Notes: generated by a model from the sequence alone, not told the origin. Shown: positions 26,285 to 39,695, counted from the first letter of the stretch. The stretch is 64,000 bases of DNA from Octopus sinensis (GCF_006345805.1 NW_021824840.1:1-64000), one strand, 5' to 3'. Numbers and translations are program-made.

Positions 26285-26660
26285 GAAGATAAATTTGCTT
26301 CCCAACCATATGGATGCATTCCCATTGCGTGGCACCTTGGGCAAGTGTCTTCTATCTTGTATTCCAATTCTATGTGGTGGATGGATAGAAACTAAAAGAA
26401 GCCCGTCGTATACTTATGTATGTATATATCTATGTATGTGTGTCTTTGTGTTTGTCCCCCATACATACAACACCAAGCCCTTGAGAGCAGCTGTTTATTT
26501 GCTCATGTTCCCGTAACTTAGCGGTTTGGCAAAAGAGACCGATAGAACAAGTACTAGGCTTTAAAAAAATAACTACTGAGTCGAATTGTTCGACTAAACC
26601 CTTCAAGGCAATAGCCAGCATAACTGCAGTCCAATGGTTAAAACTACTAAAAGAAGGTAA
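26285..26660 (+). mobile_element. OK-like SINE, diverged
   Basis: GCGTGGCACCTTGGGCAAGTGTCTTCT and GCAAAAGAGACCGATAGAA segments. Confidence 0.7.
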
Positions 26661-26869
26661 TAGAAGTATGTGGCTTCTACTTATGGTCATCGCCCTAAAA
26701 GCAAGATGTCTTCGCTTTGTTTTTTGGGAAAATACCAAGGAAAACTTCCGTCTTCCAATGGATCTCAGGGCAGTCAGATATACCACATAGAAGGAAATCC
26801 AGACCGGTATATACACTTATCCTTCTGTATAACTAATATTTATTATTTTTCGTGATATATTGGTATATT

Positions 26870-27116
26870 TACGGAGATCTACTCGCATAGCAAGTGATTT
26901 GATCTGACTGCCCTTGTGGCAAATTAAATAAAATTAAGTGATTTTATCTGAGATCGTGTGCTGGAACGAAAACAATTGCAGCGTGGAAGGTGTTTGTAAG
27001 CCATTTAAGAAACACACAAAAGCCGTTCGATTCACTTCAACATTTAAGTTTAATTTGTCAAAATATTTTCGTCGCTAAAATCCGCGACATGTTCACTGAC
27101 AAAAATCCGTGCTGCA
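26870..27116. mobile_element. Short interspersed repeat (probable Penelope pseudo-LTR) carrying a hammerhead-variant motif
   Basis: Homologous copies at about 871-1075 and 60635-60965. The Penelope link is an inference from the motif type and inverted arrangements. Confidence 0.7.
27054..27103 (-). ncRNA. Candidate minimal type I hammerhead ribozyme, G3-C8 core variant
   Basis: UUUGUCA GUGAACA U GUCGC GGAUUUUA GCGAC GAAA AUAUU U UGACAAA: 7-bp stem I, 5-bp stem II, palindromic AAUAUU stem III. Confidence 0.7.
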
Positions 27117-27739
27117 TCTGAGAAAGTAACAGTTAGTTCGTCATATTTGTTATAGCTAAACTGTGGTTACTGTGACATACTACAGACATGTTGTGTTATA
27201 GATGGCTATCATAGAAACAAATAACTAGAATAGAAGCAGTCATAGTACAGCTGTAAATAAATTTGTAAGAACTGTTCTGTAATCGAATTACTAGAGATAG
27301 CTAGACAGTATATGGTTTATATATGCATGTATGTATTGAGAGGGAAGGAGAAGAAGAAAGAGGCGGATATGTACATCACACACGTATGCATATACTCATA
27401 CACACATGCATATCACGCATACACACACACACACAGACACACACACACACACAGACACACACATGCACATATATACAAGCAAAAATGCATTCTTATATTT
27501 ACAGATACTCGGATAGAGAGACAGAGAGGGGCAGACAAGCAAGCAGACAGACGGACAGACGGAATGACAGACAGACAGAATTGGATGAAAACTCCTGATC
27601 ATGAACTATATTTATGTGTGTATGTAAGTATAGATAGATGAGTAAATGTGGACAGATAGGTAGATTGGTTGGCAGGTAAGTAGGTGGGTAGATAGGCTGA
27701 TATAGGTATGAAGGCAGATAGACAGACAGACAGAGAAAC

Positions 27740-27796
<57 letters not shown>

Positions 27797-27853
27797 CATA
27801 CATACATACATACATACATACATACATACATACATAGATATAGATAGATAGAT

Positions 27854-27930
<77 letters not shown>

Positions 27931-28064
27931 CAGACTCATATACATATTTATACATACATGTGTGTGTGTGTGTGGATGACAGGCGACTCACTATAAATTA
28001 AGTAGCCAATGCCATATCCTGTGAGAAGTTGAGAATATTTTTCACAATGAACTTGTATATATAT

Positions 28065-28130
<66 letters not shown>

Positions 28131-28147
28131 GTATGTATGTATGTATG

Positions 28148-28192
<45 letters not shown>

Positions 28193-28195
28193 CTG

Positions 28196-28241
<46 letters not shown>

Positions 28242-28813
28242 TATATAATTATATACATACATATATATATATATACGCATATCCATATACATCTAATATA
28301 TAATAAAACAGAAGATTGTGTGTGTGTGTGTGTTTTACAAGCCTTTTTCTTGATCCCCTTTAAAATCAATATTTTTCATCTGATCTCGTTCACGCCGGGA
28401 ACATACATCACTTATGTTCCAGGGATGGTCATAAACTCTTCAAATTTTCCACATAATGAGTAATGCCACCCCTAGGGGACGAAAACACTTTCTTATAGGT
28501 AGATAAAAAATACCAACGATCGTTGCTTCAAGGGACATTACTCTTGATTACGTAGTTATGCTCCATTCACTTCGATTTCTACTACAGTTTTTACCATGCC
28601 CATACACTGTAAACCGCCGATATTTGCATATTAGCACTTCCTTGAAGTAGCCATGCAATTTAAATCAACTTTTAATTATTTTTAGATGCTTTCAGAAATT
28701 AATCCATATTATATATATTCTCTGCTTTTACTAATGCAAAGTTATGACAGCTATACAGCTTTTACAATGCCCATTCATTGCAAACTGCCAATATTTGCAC
28801 GTTAGTACAGGGT

Positions 28814-29389
28814 TATTCTTGCACCTACAAATTCAGCTATTATCACTCTTAACTACTCAGTAAACTGCCTTCTCAAGAACGTTGTTACAGATCAGTTGAT
28901 ACTGTTACCGACTTCGATCAGGTTACACGCTTTCCAACAGAATTTCTCAACACCCAACATCTTCCAGAACTCCCACCCCATGAACCTTAAAAGTCGGTTG
29001 CCCTATCATCTTCCTACCCAATCTAAACGCACCCACACTATGCAATGGAACTCGCCTTGAGGTCAAACAAGTGATGGACCACATCTCTGAAGCCCAAATT
29101 ATCACGGGACACGGCAAAAACGATACCGTTTTTATACCGAAAATTTCCGCTAACCCCAACAGACTGCCCCTACCGTATGCAGAGGCTTCAGTTACCTCTC
29201 AAACTCAGCTTTGCCATGACAATTAACAAAGCACAAGGTTAATCGCTGACCGAAGGTTAATCGAATGTCATGCTTTTCACATGGAAATTCTACCTCGATT
29301 GTTCCAGAGTTGGCCATCCGGACAACTTATTCATCTATGCTCCTGAAGGAAAAACCAAAAATGTCGTCTACAAAGCAGCCCTACAGTAG
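28814..29389 (+). pseudogene. Helitron RepHel C-terminal PIF1-type helicase fragment
   Basis: Frameshifted peptides ILAPTN, FPTEFLN..LPPHE, LKVGCPI..LCNGTRL, LSFAMTINKAQG, CFSHG, CSRVG, KTKNVVY, then stop at 29387. Confidence 0.88.
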
Positions 29390-29940
29390 TTACTCCTCTA
29401 CTGCAATCTTCACATCTGATCTCGTTCACGCTGGGAACATACATCACTTATGTTCCATAGATAGTCATAAACTCTTCAAATTTTCCACATAATGAGTAAT
29501 GCCACCCCTAGGGAACGAAAACACTTTCTCATAGGTAGATAAAAAATACCAAACTGTAGCCGTTAGCAATCATACTTCCTACAAGCATTTCATTGGCATT
29601 TTGCTTCATACTTCACCCTTCTTACTTCACGCATGCTGTTCGCTCATAAGCGTGCTCTGACATTTATTTTTGTACATGCCATTATTCTATTTGTGTGTGT
29701 GCCATAAATGTTTGCTTTTGTTTATCATACAATGGCTTTCATTAGAAAACGTTTCAATGCTGTTGTGTCAGGCATTACGAGTAAAATAACTACATGCTAC
29801 AAAACGCTTCGGGTAAGATATAGGATCCCAAATGCCTGCTGCAATTGTAATCCCATTTCCTGGACTTTCACTTATTACTAACTGCCAAATTTGTGTTCAG
29901 AAAACTTTATTCATGACCTAGGTTGCTTAATACAGTATAG

Positions 29941-30323
29941 TGGAGGCGCAATGGCCCAGTGGTTAGGGCAGCGGACTCGCGGTCGTAGGATCGCGGTTTC
30001 GATTCCCAGACCGGGCGTTGTGAGTGTTTATTGAGCGAAAACACCTAAAGCTCCACGACGCTCCGGCAGGGATGGTGGTGATCCCTGCTGTACTCTTTCA
30101 CCACAACTTTCTCTCACTCTTACTTCCTGTTTCTGTTGTACCTGTATTTCAAAGGGCCGGCCTTGTCACTCTCTGTGTCACGCTGAATATCCCCGAGAAC
30201 AACGCTAAGGGTACACGTGTCTGTGGAGTGCTCAGTCACTTACACATTAATTTCACGAGCAGGCTGTTCCGTTGATTCGGATCAACCGGAACCCTCATCG
30301 TCGTAACCGACGGAGTGCTTCCA
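29941..30323 (+). mobile_element. OR-like octopus tRNA SINE (young)
   Basis: A box TGGCCCAGTGG, B box GGTTTCGATTCC; TSD AATACAGTATA. Confidence 0.92.
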
Positions 30324-30795
30324 CCCAATACAGTATAATAAACTGATAACGAAATTGGTAATTATACAATTTATGTTTATCAACATGAAACGACTTCTAA
30401 CTGCGGGCTAATTCAACTTAAAATGTCTAAAGGTGTGCGTCATTGTAATAAATTACACCGTCCAGTTTCCGTCTACCAAATCCACTCACAAGGTTTTAGC
30501 TTTGATCGGCTCAAGGTTATATAGCAGAGGAAACTTGCCCACGTTGCCACACAGAGGAACTGAACCCAGAACCACGTGGTCGGGGAGCAAAGTTCGAAAC
30601 TTTACGAAACTTTTCATTTCAATGTATGTATTATGTACGTACATACGTGTGTGTGTGTGTGTGTGTGTGCGCGTGTGTGTGTGTGTAGATACATGTTTGT
30701 ATCTACGTATTTGTGTATGCATGTATATATATATATATATAGTTAATCCAAACATGAAAGCACAAAAAAACACAACAACGTGAGAACGTGAACAA

Positions 30796-30830
<35 letters not shown>

Positions 30831-30831
<1 letters not shown>

Positions 30832-31018
30832 GTTGCTTAGTTTTTCTTGAAGGGCTGGCCGTGATCTAGTAATCTCAAGATTAATCAGCCGAAATTACTA
30901 CGATGATCCGGTTCTTGACTGAAGACTGAGGGTTTCGAATGTCCTGTCCGTGTTTATTGTATCGTCTTCTAAGAGTTATACGTTCTTGTCCATGTTGTAT
31001 TTTTCTACATACCTTAAC

Positions 31019-31068
<50 letters not shown>

Positions 31069-31308
31069 ATTATATATATATATAATATATATATATAATA
31101 ATATATATATATATATATATATATGTTGCTTAGTTTTTCTTGGAGGGCTGGCCGTGATCTAGTAATCTCAAGATTAATCAGCCGAAATTACTACGATGAT
31201 CCGGTTCTTGACTGAAGACTGAGGGTTTCGAATGTCCTGTCCGTGTTTATTGTATCGTCTTCTAAGAGTTATACGTTCTTGTCCATGTTGTATTTTTCTA
31301 CATACCTT

Positions 31309-31313
<5 letters not shown>
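30831..31313. repeat. About 190-bp direct duplication separated by (TA)n
   Basis: Units start at 30831 and 31124; one substitution seen. Confidence 0.9.
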
Positions 31314-31388
<75 letters not shown>

Positions 31389-32607
31389 GTACGTACGGCC
31401 AGTGCCGTTTAAAGAGAGTGTTAGCCATGAATATTTCTAGAGAGCCCGTCACTATTTTAACAAATACTAGATTACATGATTCTATATTATACGTCGCAGG
31501 AAGGTGGCGAGCTGGCAAAGTCGTTAGCACGCTGGGCAAAATGTTTAGCTGTATTTCGTCCGTCTTTATGTTCTGAGTTCAAATCCCACCGAGATCGACT
31601 TTGCCTTTCATCCCTTCCGAAATCGATAAGTACCGACAGGCGTGATCCCAGGAATTTTTCGAAGGAAGGGCACAAGTTCAGAAGGATTGCAATCCCAGAA
31701 GAAAAGGGCGTATTAACATTATTTAGAATAGTGCACTTCTTTTCTTGAGTGGGGGGTGACACGTGCCCCTTAGCCCTCCTCCCACTTTGGGTCTGATCTT
31801 GGTCGATCTAATCGATTTAGCCCCTCACCTGAAAATTACTGACCATACCTGTGCCAAAATTTGAAGCCATTATTACAATGTTTATGAAGGCGGCGAGCTG
31901 GCAAAATTGTTAGCATGCCAGGCAAAATGCTTTGCAGCATTTCGCCCGTCTTTACGTTCCGAGTTCAAATTCCACCGTGGTCAACTATGCGTCGCATCTC
32001 TTTCGAGAGTCGATAAAATAAGTACCCGTTGATCATCACTGGAGATCGATGTAGTCGATTTTACCCCCACCCTTCCCACCTACCTCCGAAATTACTGGCG
32101 TTCTGCCAAACTTTGAAACCATATCATAAGTCACAGGTTTAGTTATGTATGTATACGTGTGTGTGCGTACGTGTGTCTTTGAGTGAACGTGTGTGTGTGT
32201 ATGTGTGTGTGTGTGTGTGTAAGGAAGATTTATCCAAATATTTATCAATGAAAACAGCTTACGGCATCCAACGCATTTTATGATACTTATTTCTAGTATA
32301 CAATAATGTATGTAATTATTTCTTTTTTACTCATAATATCTCTCCTCCCAGCAACACCACAACCGACGTGTTTATCCACGCCTGTGTATGCGACTAACCA
32401 ATAACATATCGGAAATATATACAACTCTATGGTAACCTGTCAAGCGCTAATGTATGTCTCTTAAACCAGTCAAGTTAATGTATGCCTACATAGTAGCAGT
32501 TGCAACAGTAGTTGAATATTTAGGAATATTTTAACCTTGAGTCCTTTTACACGTAAACACAGCGTAGCTTGTTGCGCACAGTAAAACCGAATTAAACCTA
32601 ATATTAT

Positions 32608-33021
32608 ACTCTCTCTCTTTTACTCTTTTACTTGTTTCAGTCATTTGACTGCGGCCATGCTGGAGCACCGCCTTTAGTCGAGCAAATCGACCCAGGGACT
32701 TATTCTTTGTAAGCCCAGTACTTATTCTATCGGTCTCTTTTGCCAAACCGCTAAGTGACCGGGACGTAAACACACCAGCATCGGTTGTCAAGCAATGCTA
32801 GGGGGACAAACACACACACACAAACATATACACACACACTTATATATATATACATATATATATACGACAGGCTTCTTTCAGTTTCCGTCTACCAAATCCA
32901 CTCACAAGGCATTGGTCGGCCCGGGGCTATAGCAGAAGACACTTGCCCAAGATGCCACGGGACTGAACCTGGAGCCATGTGGTTGGTTAGCAAGCTACTT
33001 ACCACACAGCCACTCCTGCGC
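32608..33021 (-). mobile_element. OK-like SINE
   Basis: Near-consensus copy. More copies at about 30465-30600, 33555-33830, 33886-34535 (plus, interrupted) and 60350-60545. Confidence 0.9.
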
Positions 33022-34250
33022 CTATTATATTGCCTTGTTGTTGAAGCTAATGTAGTTGTTGTTGTTGTTGTTATTTAGCTTCAGCCATAAGCGATGAGAA
33101 TTTATGATCAGAGACATTCCAGTAGAGACCATCTCAACATATTTGCTCAAGCATAGTGTATTTAGGAGTGCATTATCTAACGAGTCCTTCCTTTCTAAGG
33201 CTGTAGCGTGTGATAAGAGCGATATTTGGCGACTAATTTCTAGCAATTTCAGCGACCACGTAGAGGCTCTCTCCTTTGAATATTTGAATGTTGCTGCTGC
33301 TGCTGTTATTGTTGTTTATGCTGTTGTTGTTGTTGTTGTTGTTGTTTAGCAGTTGTTTAACTTCGATCTATCAGATATATTATCAAACATATTCCAGCCG
33401 TGACTATTCCGTCGGACATTTTTGTATGTTTTTCTTTCTTCATAATTGTTATTGCTGTTTCTGTATAGAGTATCTCATCTTTTTATTTTCTTTTTCTTTT
33501 TTTGACTTGAAGAGTTTTACTCGAACAAACTGACCACAATATTTATTTTTTTAAAGTTTGGTTCTTATTCCATCGGTTTCATTTATCGAACCGCTAATTT
33601 ACCGGGACTTAGACAAACCAACGTTGTCTGTCAAGCTGTGCAGTGGTGAGAACAAACACAAAGACACACACACACAAACATATACATGTCACAGACTTCC
33701 ACACAGTTTCCATGAGCCAAATCCACTCACAAGGTAATGGTCTATTATAGAAGACACTAACCCAAAGTGCTACGCAGTGGGACTGAAACAGAATTCGCGT
33801 GGTTGCAAAGCGAGCTTCTGCCGGCGTCTACTTTATGTTCACTTGTTTTAAGTTTTTATGGTGAGAAATGAGGGAGAATTCAAGATAGGAGTGGCTGTGT
33901 GGTAAGTAGCTTGCTTACCAACCACATGGTTCCGGTTTTAGTCCCACCGCGTGGCACCTTGGGCAAGTGTCTTCTACTATAGCCTCGAGCCGACCAAAGC
34001 CTTGTAAGTGGATTTGGTGGACGGAAACTGTCTATATATATGTATATGTATATGTATATATAATAAGGACAATAATAAATTTGACGTGAATAACGAATAT
34101 ATAGTGCGTGTGTTTATTTGGAAACAAAATGACCGTCCCGAAATATAACAATACCAAAAAAATGTTATTATATTTATTAATTCTATATTTTAAAAAATTT
34201 ATTAAACTTGATATATAATATAGATATAACTATATATATATATATATATA

Positions 34251-34284
<34 letters not shown>

Positions 34285-34614
34285 GTGTGTGTGGTGTGTG
34301 TGTGTGTGTATGTTTGTGTGTCTGTTTGTCACACACACCCCCAACATCGCTTAACAATCGATGCTGGTGTGTTTACGCCCCTGTAACTTAGCGGTTGGGC
34401 AAAAGAGACCGATAGAATAAGTACAAGGCTTACAAAGAATAAGTCCTGGGGGTCGATTTGCTCGACTAAAGGCGGTGCTCCAGCATGGCCACAGTCAAGC
34501 AAATCGACTGAAACAATTAAAAGAGTAAAAGAGTATCGTATCTGACAGGTTGACTGACCTTGCAGAATCAAAGTTGCATAAATATTTCGCTCATTGCTCT
34601 GCCATTTCCGTCCT

Positions 34615-34875
34615 TGTGGAGATGCGTAGCTTAGTGCTTAGGGCATTGGACTCACAATCGTAAGCTTGTGGCTTAGACTTCTGAACCGGGTCATGCATTG
34701 TGTTCTTGAGCAAAACATTTCATTTCACATTGCTGCAGTCCACTCAGCTGGCAAAAATTAGTAATCCTGTAACGTGCTGTCCAATTGGAGAATACATATA
34801 TACACCATGAAACAAGAAAACCGGCTCTTATGAGTCGGTATGACTCGAGAAGGTAACTTTACCTTTACCTTACCA
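34615..34875 (+). mobile_element. Older SINE with the same central domain but an RTE/Bov-B-type tail
   Basis: GTTCTTGAGCAAAACATTTCATTTCAC..CCACTCAGCTGG; tail ATGAGTCGGTATGACTCGA followed by (TTTACC)n. Confidence 0.55.
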
Positions 34876-34885
34876 TTTCCGTTCA

Positions 34886-35269
34886 TGGAAGCACTCCGTC
34901 GGTTACGACGATGAGGGTTCCGGTTGATCCGAATCAACGGAACAGCCTGCTCGTGAAATTAACGTGTAAGTGGCTGAGCACTACACAGACACGTGTACCC
35001 TTAACGTAGTTCTCGGGGATATTCAGCGTGACACAGAGAGTGACAAGGCCGGCCCTTTGAAATACAGGTACAACAGAAACAGGAAGTAAGAGTGAGAGAA
35101 AGTTGTGGTGAAAGAGTACAGCAGGGATCACCACCATCCCCTGCCGGAGCCTCGTGGAGCTTTAGGTGTTTTCGCTCAATAAACACTCACAACGCCCGGT
35201 CTGGGAATCGAAACCGCGATCCTATGACCGCGAGTCCGCTTCCCTAACCACTGGGCCATTGCGCCTCCA
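34886..35269 (-). mobile_element. OR-like SINE (young)
   Basis: Full copy; TSD ATTTCCGTTCA. Confidence 0.92.
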
Positions 35270-35715
35270 TATTTCCGTTCATAAGACAATATTGTTTCTA
35301 TTATCAGGGCATAAAAGTGTGGCATTAGCGTCTAAACAGCTACTTATTTAGTGATGTTTCATTTCGACTTCAGATTTCTCTAAATTCAACGTACATGATT
35401 CTGATGATGGATAAAATAAATTCTGTCCTTTTTATAATGGTGCTAATTTCTGACATCACCACAAAATTTAAGCATTTAGATGGAATGTACAAACACAATT
35501 AAATCTCGACGAATATATGACTAATAACGTTATTTTTATGACACTGAAATGGCGAAATGTCTAGCCTAACTTAAAAAGAAATTTATCGACCTTAGAACAA
35601 TTCAAACGCGGTAAGTGAACATCACAAGTCAATTACTGCGACATACTACCATTTACACACTCACACACAAACAAACAAACACATATATACACACAAACAC
35701 ACACGCATTTCAAAT

Positions 35716-35751
35716 GTCCTGAAGAAAGGGTTATAGCCCCGAAATATAGAG
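35716..35751 (+). ncRNA. Candidate minimal hammerhead, slightly decayed
   Basis: GUC CUGAAGA AA GGG UUAUAG CCCC GAAAUAUA GAG. Confidence 0.45.
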
Positions 35752-36079
35752 CTGTAAGGTAAAACTACGACAGTGTTTGATGCTGTATCGAGTCTTAAAT
35801 AATTTTTTTTTAATTATAGAAATTATAAATATATAACATTTTATTTCTATTGTTATATTTCGGGACGGTCATTTTGTTTCCAAATAAACACACGCACTAT
35901 ATATTCGTTATTCACGTCAAATTTATGATTGCCCTTATTTTTGGTCCTGAAGTAAAGAACGAATATATAATGCGTGTGTTTATTTGGAAAAATAAATGAC
36001 CCACCCGAAACATAACAATATCTCTTTCAACATACGATTTCACATCAGGAATCTTGCAAAACAAATATATAAACGTAAT

Positions 36080-36561
<482 letters not shown>

Positions 36562-37269
36562 CTATTTTTTTTCTTCTGAATGAGAAAATCATCCGATTTT
36601 AAGTATTTGAAACGTTCAAGATTGTCTCCCTTACTTGCTTGGCTAAATCAAAATAACTCCTATTTTTCCATGGTCACTCAATTAAGCCAACCGTTGTTAT
36701 TTCTGATGTTGGAAACTCTGAAAATAATCAAACTCACCTTTTTTTTTTACATAAATATGCGGTCACAGCCCCTTTATAATTAAAATCTCAAAATATATTT
36801 GACCTGACACTTTACTATTTTTCCATGTTCCCAATTTAGTATGTTCCTGTTTTTTGCTCTTTTTGATGGGATGTCATAGTTGTAATATAATATCGATATT
36901 AATTGCGTAATAAGCGTTTCTAAATTTATCACGAAACCACAAACAAATTTGTGGTCAAAAAAAAAAAGAGTCACTAGATTGAGTCGACTCCTTCCACACT
37001 ACACAGACGATATATATTTTTGTTGTTGTGGGAGTCGGAGAAATGAAGGACAAAGGCTACACCAACAAATCTGAACTTAAATGGACATACTTGAACAACC
37101 TTTCCGCCTCCCGCAACCACTGTAATTATATAATAAATACTAGCTGAGATACAAGGTCACAAATCACGAGAGAGATTTACAACCGATTATAGTAACTCCA
37201 TCCCTGCGCCCATCCATCTTCTCCGCCCACTATTCCTGAGAGGGTTGTAGGGGTAAAGTCCTCAGGTAC

Positions 37270-37880
37270 CTCCTCCATAGGATCCTATCAGAAGCAAGCG
37301 TCATTACGCATTCTAGCTGGATTCCCATGCGTGACTAACTGAGATTATGGATAGTATCCAGTCATCTCGCTTAGGGTCTACCATTAAGTTTCCGGCCAGT
37401 TAGCTCGGCTTGAAGAATCCATTCTTTCCTGCGACATTTTAATCACATGTCCGTAGTACTGGAGCCGAACCCTTTCAAAGCAAAAATGTAGCGGCTCCAC
37501 CTGAAGAAACTCCCTGATTTCTGAGCCAACCACCCTGTCGAATAACGTTACTCCAGATTTCCTTCGTCAGAGTGTTGGATAGAATGCCTCGCAGTGTTCT
37601 TTTCCATCTCCCTGCACTCTGAGTTTTAAAAATCCTGAGAATATCAACTTTGCCTGTCGTCCTTTTGGACCAATCCAGGGCGGTGAATTGACGGCACTGT
37701 TACAGGGTCGGGTGATATGCTTTACGGTATCTGCTGCGATCTTTTGCGATGTGACCACAACTTTTAGGGCGACAATGGTACCAAGCTGTATCGGCTCTGA
37801 TCGGCAGCCTTTTCTCTCGGATAAACATCGATGGCGTGGAGAGGAAAGACATGTAAACACAGGCAGCTGTTACCCTTCCT
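37270..37880 (-). pseudogene. RTE-clade LINE C-terminal fragment
   Basis: Minus-strand RVRLQYYGHVIKMSQER resembles the RTE RLRWYGHV motif; heavily decayed. Confidence 0.6.
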
Positions 37881-38694
37881 GAAAATAAATTTGCCTTGCA
37901 CATGCATGTAAAAATACAAGATCAACATTGACCGATATAGGACCTGAATACCACCCCTAGTACATCTATCCTCGTTTATCAAGAGTGGACGGTGTCCAAA
38001 AAGACACAGTGATAAATGAATCAGTGATAAATGAATCATCTTCACGCACTCTACAAAGTGCCAAATTCATTTTGCAAATTGCCACGTACTTTGCAAATTG
38101 CGACCTTCATCGAGATTTGAACTCAGAGCTTAAGGCACGTAACTTCTGCAACTTAGTACAGCTAACGGTCTGCCAATTCGGCGCTCACCACACATTGTTT
38201 GTTAGTTATACAATAAAGCCATTAAAAAAAAAGTACATAGGAAATATACAGAGAAACTGTTCAGGACAAGTGTAACCCCCATCACAATGCTGTGTTACAA
38301 ATTGGTGTATTCACTATTATAATACTTAAAAAGAATGAAGTGGCTATTTAAAATGTAAGGCATCATATAACTTGTATAAGTTGGCACGTGTGCTTTCTCT
38401 TTCTATTTCTCTCTCTCTCTCTCTTTCTTCCTATATATATACTTAAATACGCACACATATAAATATGCATAAACCTAAGTATGTATTTCTGTATGTATGA
38501 ATGAATGAATGCATTTGTACAAAAGATTAACAGAGGAGACGCTTTACATTCTTTTCAGACTGTATATACATACACTTGTATACTTGTGGTGCTGCTTGGT
38601 ATAATGAGCCACACGTTTCTTCCTTTTAATTAATTAGAATTATATACAGTGAATAAAATATTCATTAGCTTTAATGATTAAATCTTGTTGAAAA

Positions 38695-39695
38695 AGCAAG
38701 ATAGCTGAGAAGAAAGACTGAAAAAGAGGGGGGAAAGCACACAAAAGCTGAACAGAGTTACCAAATGGTCTCGAACAACTAGAAATGACACCAGGACACC
38801 AGGACACCAGGGCGGCAAGCTGGCAGAAACGTTAGCACGCCGGGCGAAATGCTTGCCGGTATTTTGTCTGCCGTTACGTTCTGAGTTCAAATTCCGCCGA
38901 GGTCGTCTTTGCCTTTCATCTTTTCAGGGTCGATGAATTAAGTACCAGTTACGCACTGGGGTCGATATACTCGACTTAATCCGTTTGTCTGTCCTTGTTT
39001 GTCTTCTCTGTGTTTAGCCCCTTGTGGGTAGTAAAGAAATAGGTATTTCGTCAGCTGTTACGTTCTGAGTTCAAATTCCGCCGAGGTCGACTTTGCCTTT
39101 CATCCTTTCGGGTTGATAAAAACAGTACCAGTTACGCACTGGGGTCGATATATATACTCGACTTAATCCGTTTGTCTGTCCTTGTTTGTCTTCTCTGTGT
39201 TTAGCCCCTTGTGGGTAATAAAGAAATAGGTATTTCGTCAGCTGTTACGTTCTGAGTTCAAATTCCGCCAAGGTCGACTTTGCCTTTCATCCTTTCGGAG
39301 TCGATTAAATCAGTGGCAGTTACGCACTGGGGTCGATATAATCGACTTAATCCGTTTGTCTGTCCTTGTTTGTTCCTTCTATGTTTAGTCCCTTGTGGGC
39401 AATAAAGAAATAAGAAATGACACCAGGACACTGTATCGCGAGATTTAACTGGTTCCAGGGGTAACACAAGTTTGCAGTGAATGATAAAAATGGGACGATC
39501 TTTCTGTCAGAATAAGAAGAGAATGGGCGCTGGGCGGAACACTTTAAGCTTGAACCATCTAATATCCTCACGGTAGCCGACCAAATGGCAGAACAATTTA
39601 AAGTTATAAGAGCACCCATTAGTGAAGATGAAGTCATCCAGGGTCTCAGAAAAAATGATAAATGACCTGAAGCTCACTGCATTGGTTACTTTAAC
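38695..39695 (+). pseudogene. RTE-clade LINE ORF2 internal fragment, split by the SINE trimer
   Basis: Peptides RNDTRTLYRE, DKNGTIFLSE, GRWAEHFKL and APISEDEVIQGL match the RTE region between endonuclease and RT. Confidence 0.65.
38811..39412 (+). mobile_element. Nin/Deu-like SINE trimer with flanking target-site duplication
   Basis: Head plus three units with junctions at 39042 and 39229; AGAAATGACACCAGGACAC at 38781-38799 and 39413-39431. Confidence 0.92.

Noticed and set aside
29941-30015. tRNA gene calls for SINE heads (also 23341, 24991, 39717, 58883)
   Set aside because: A/B boxes are present but there is no complete cloverleaf or acceptor stem, and each continues into a multi-copy SINE body.
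31636-31800. Small hAT-like MITE inside a SINE
   Set aside because: The TIRs are too degenerate and there is no TSD.
37240-37330. Shared 3' tail between RTE fragments and the OR-like SINE
   Set aside because: No alignable similarity is visible, so the partner LINE of the OR-like SINE is not identified here.
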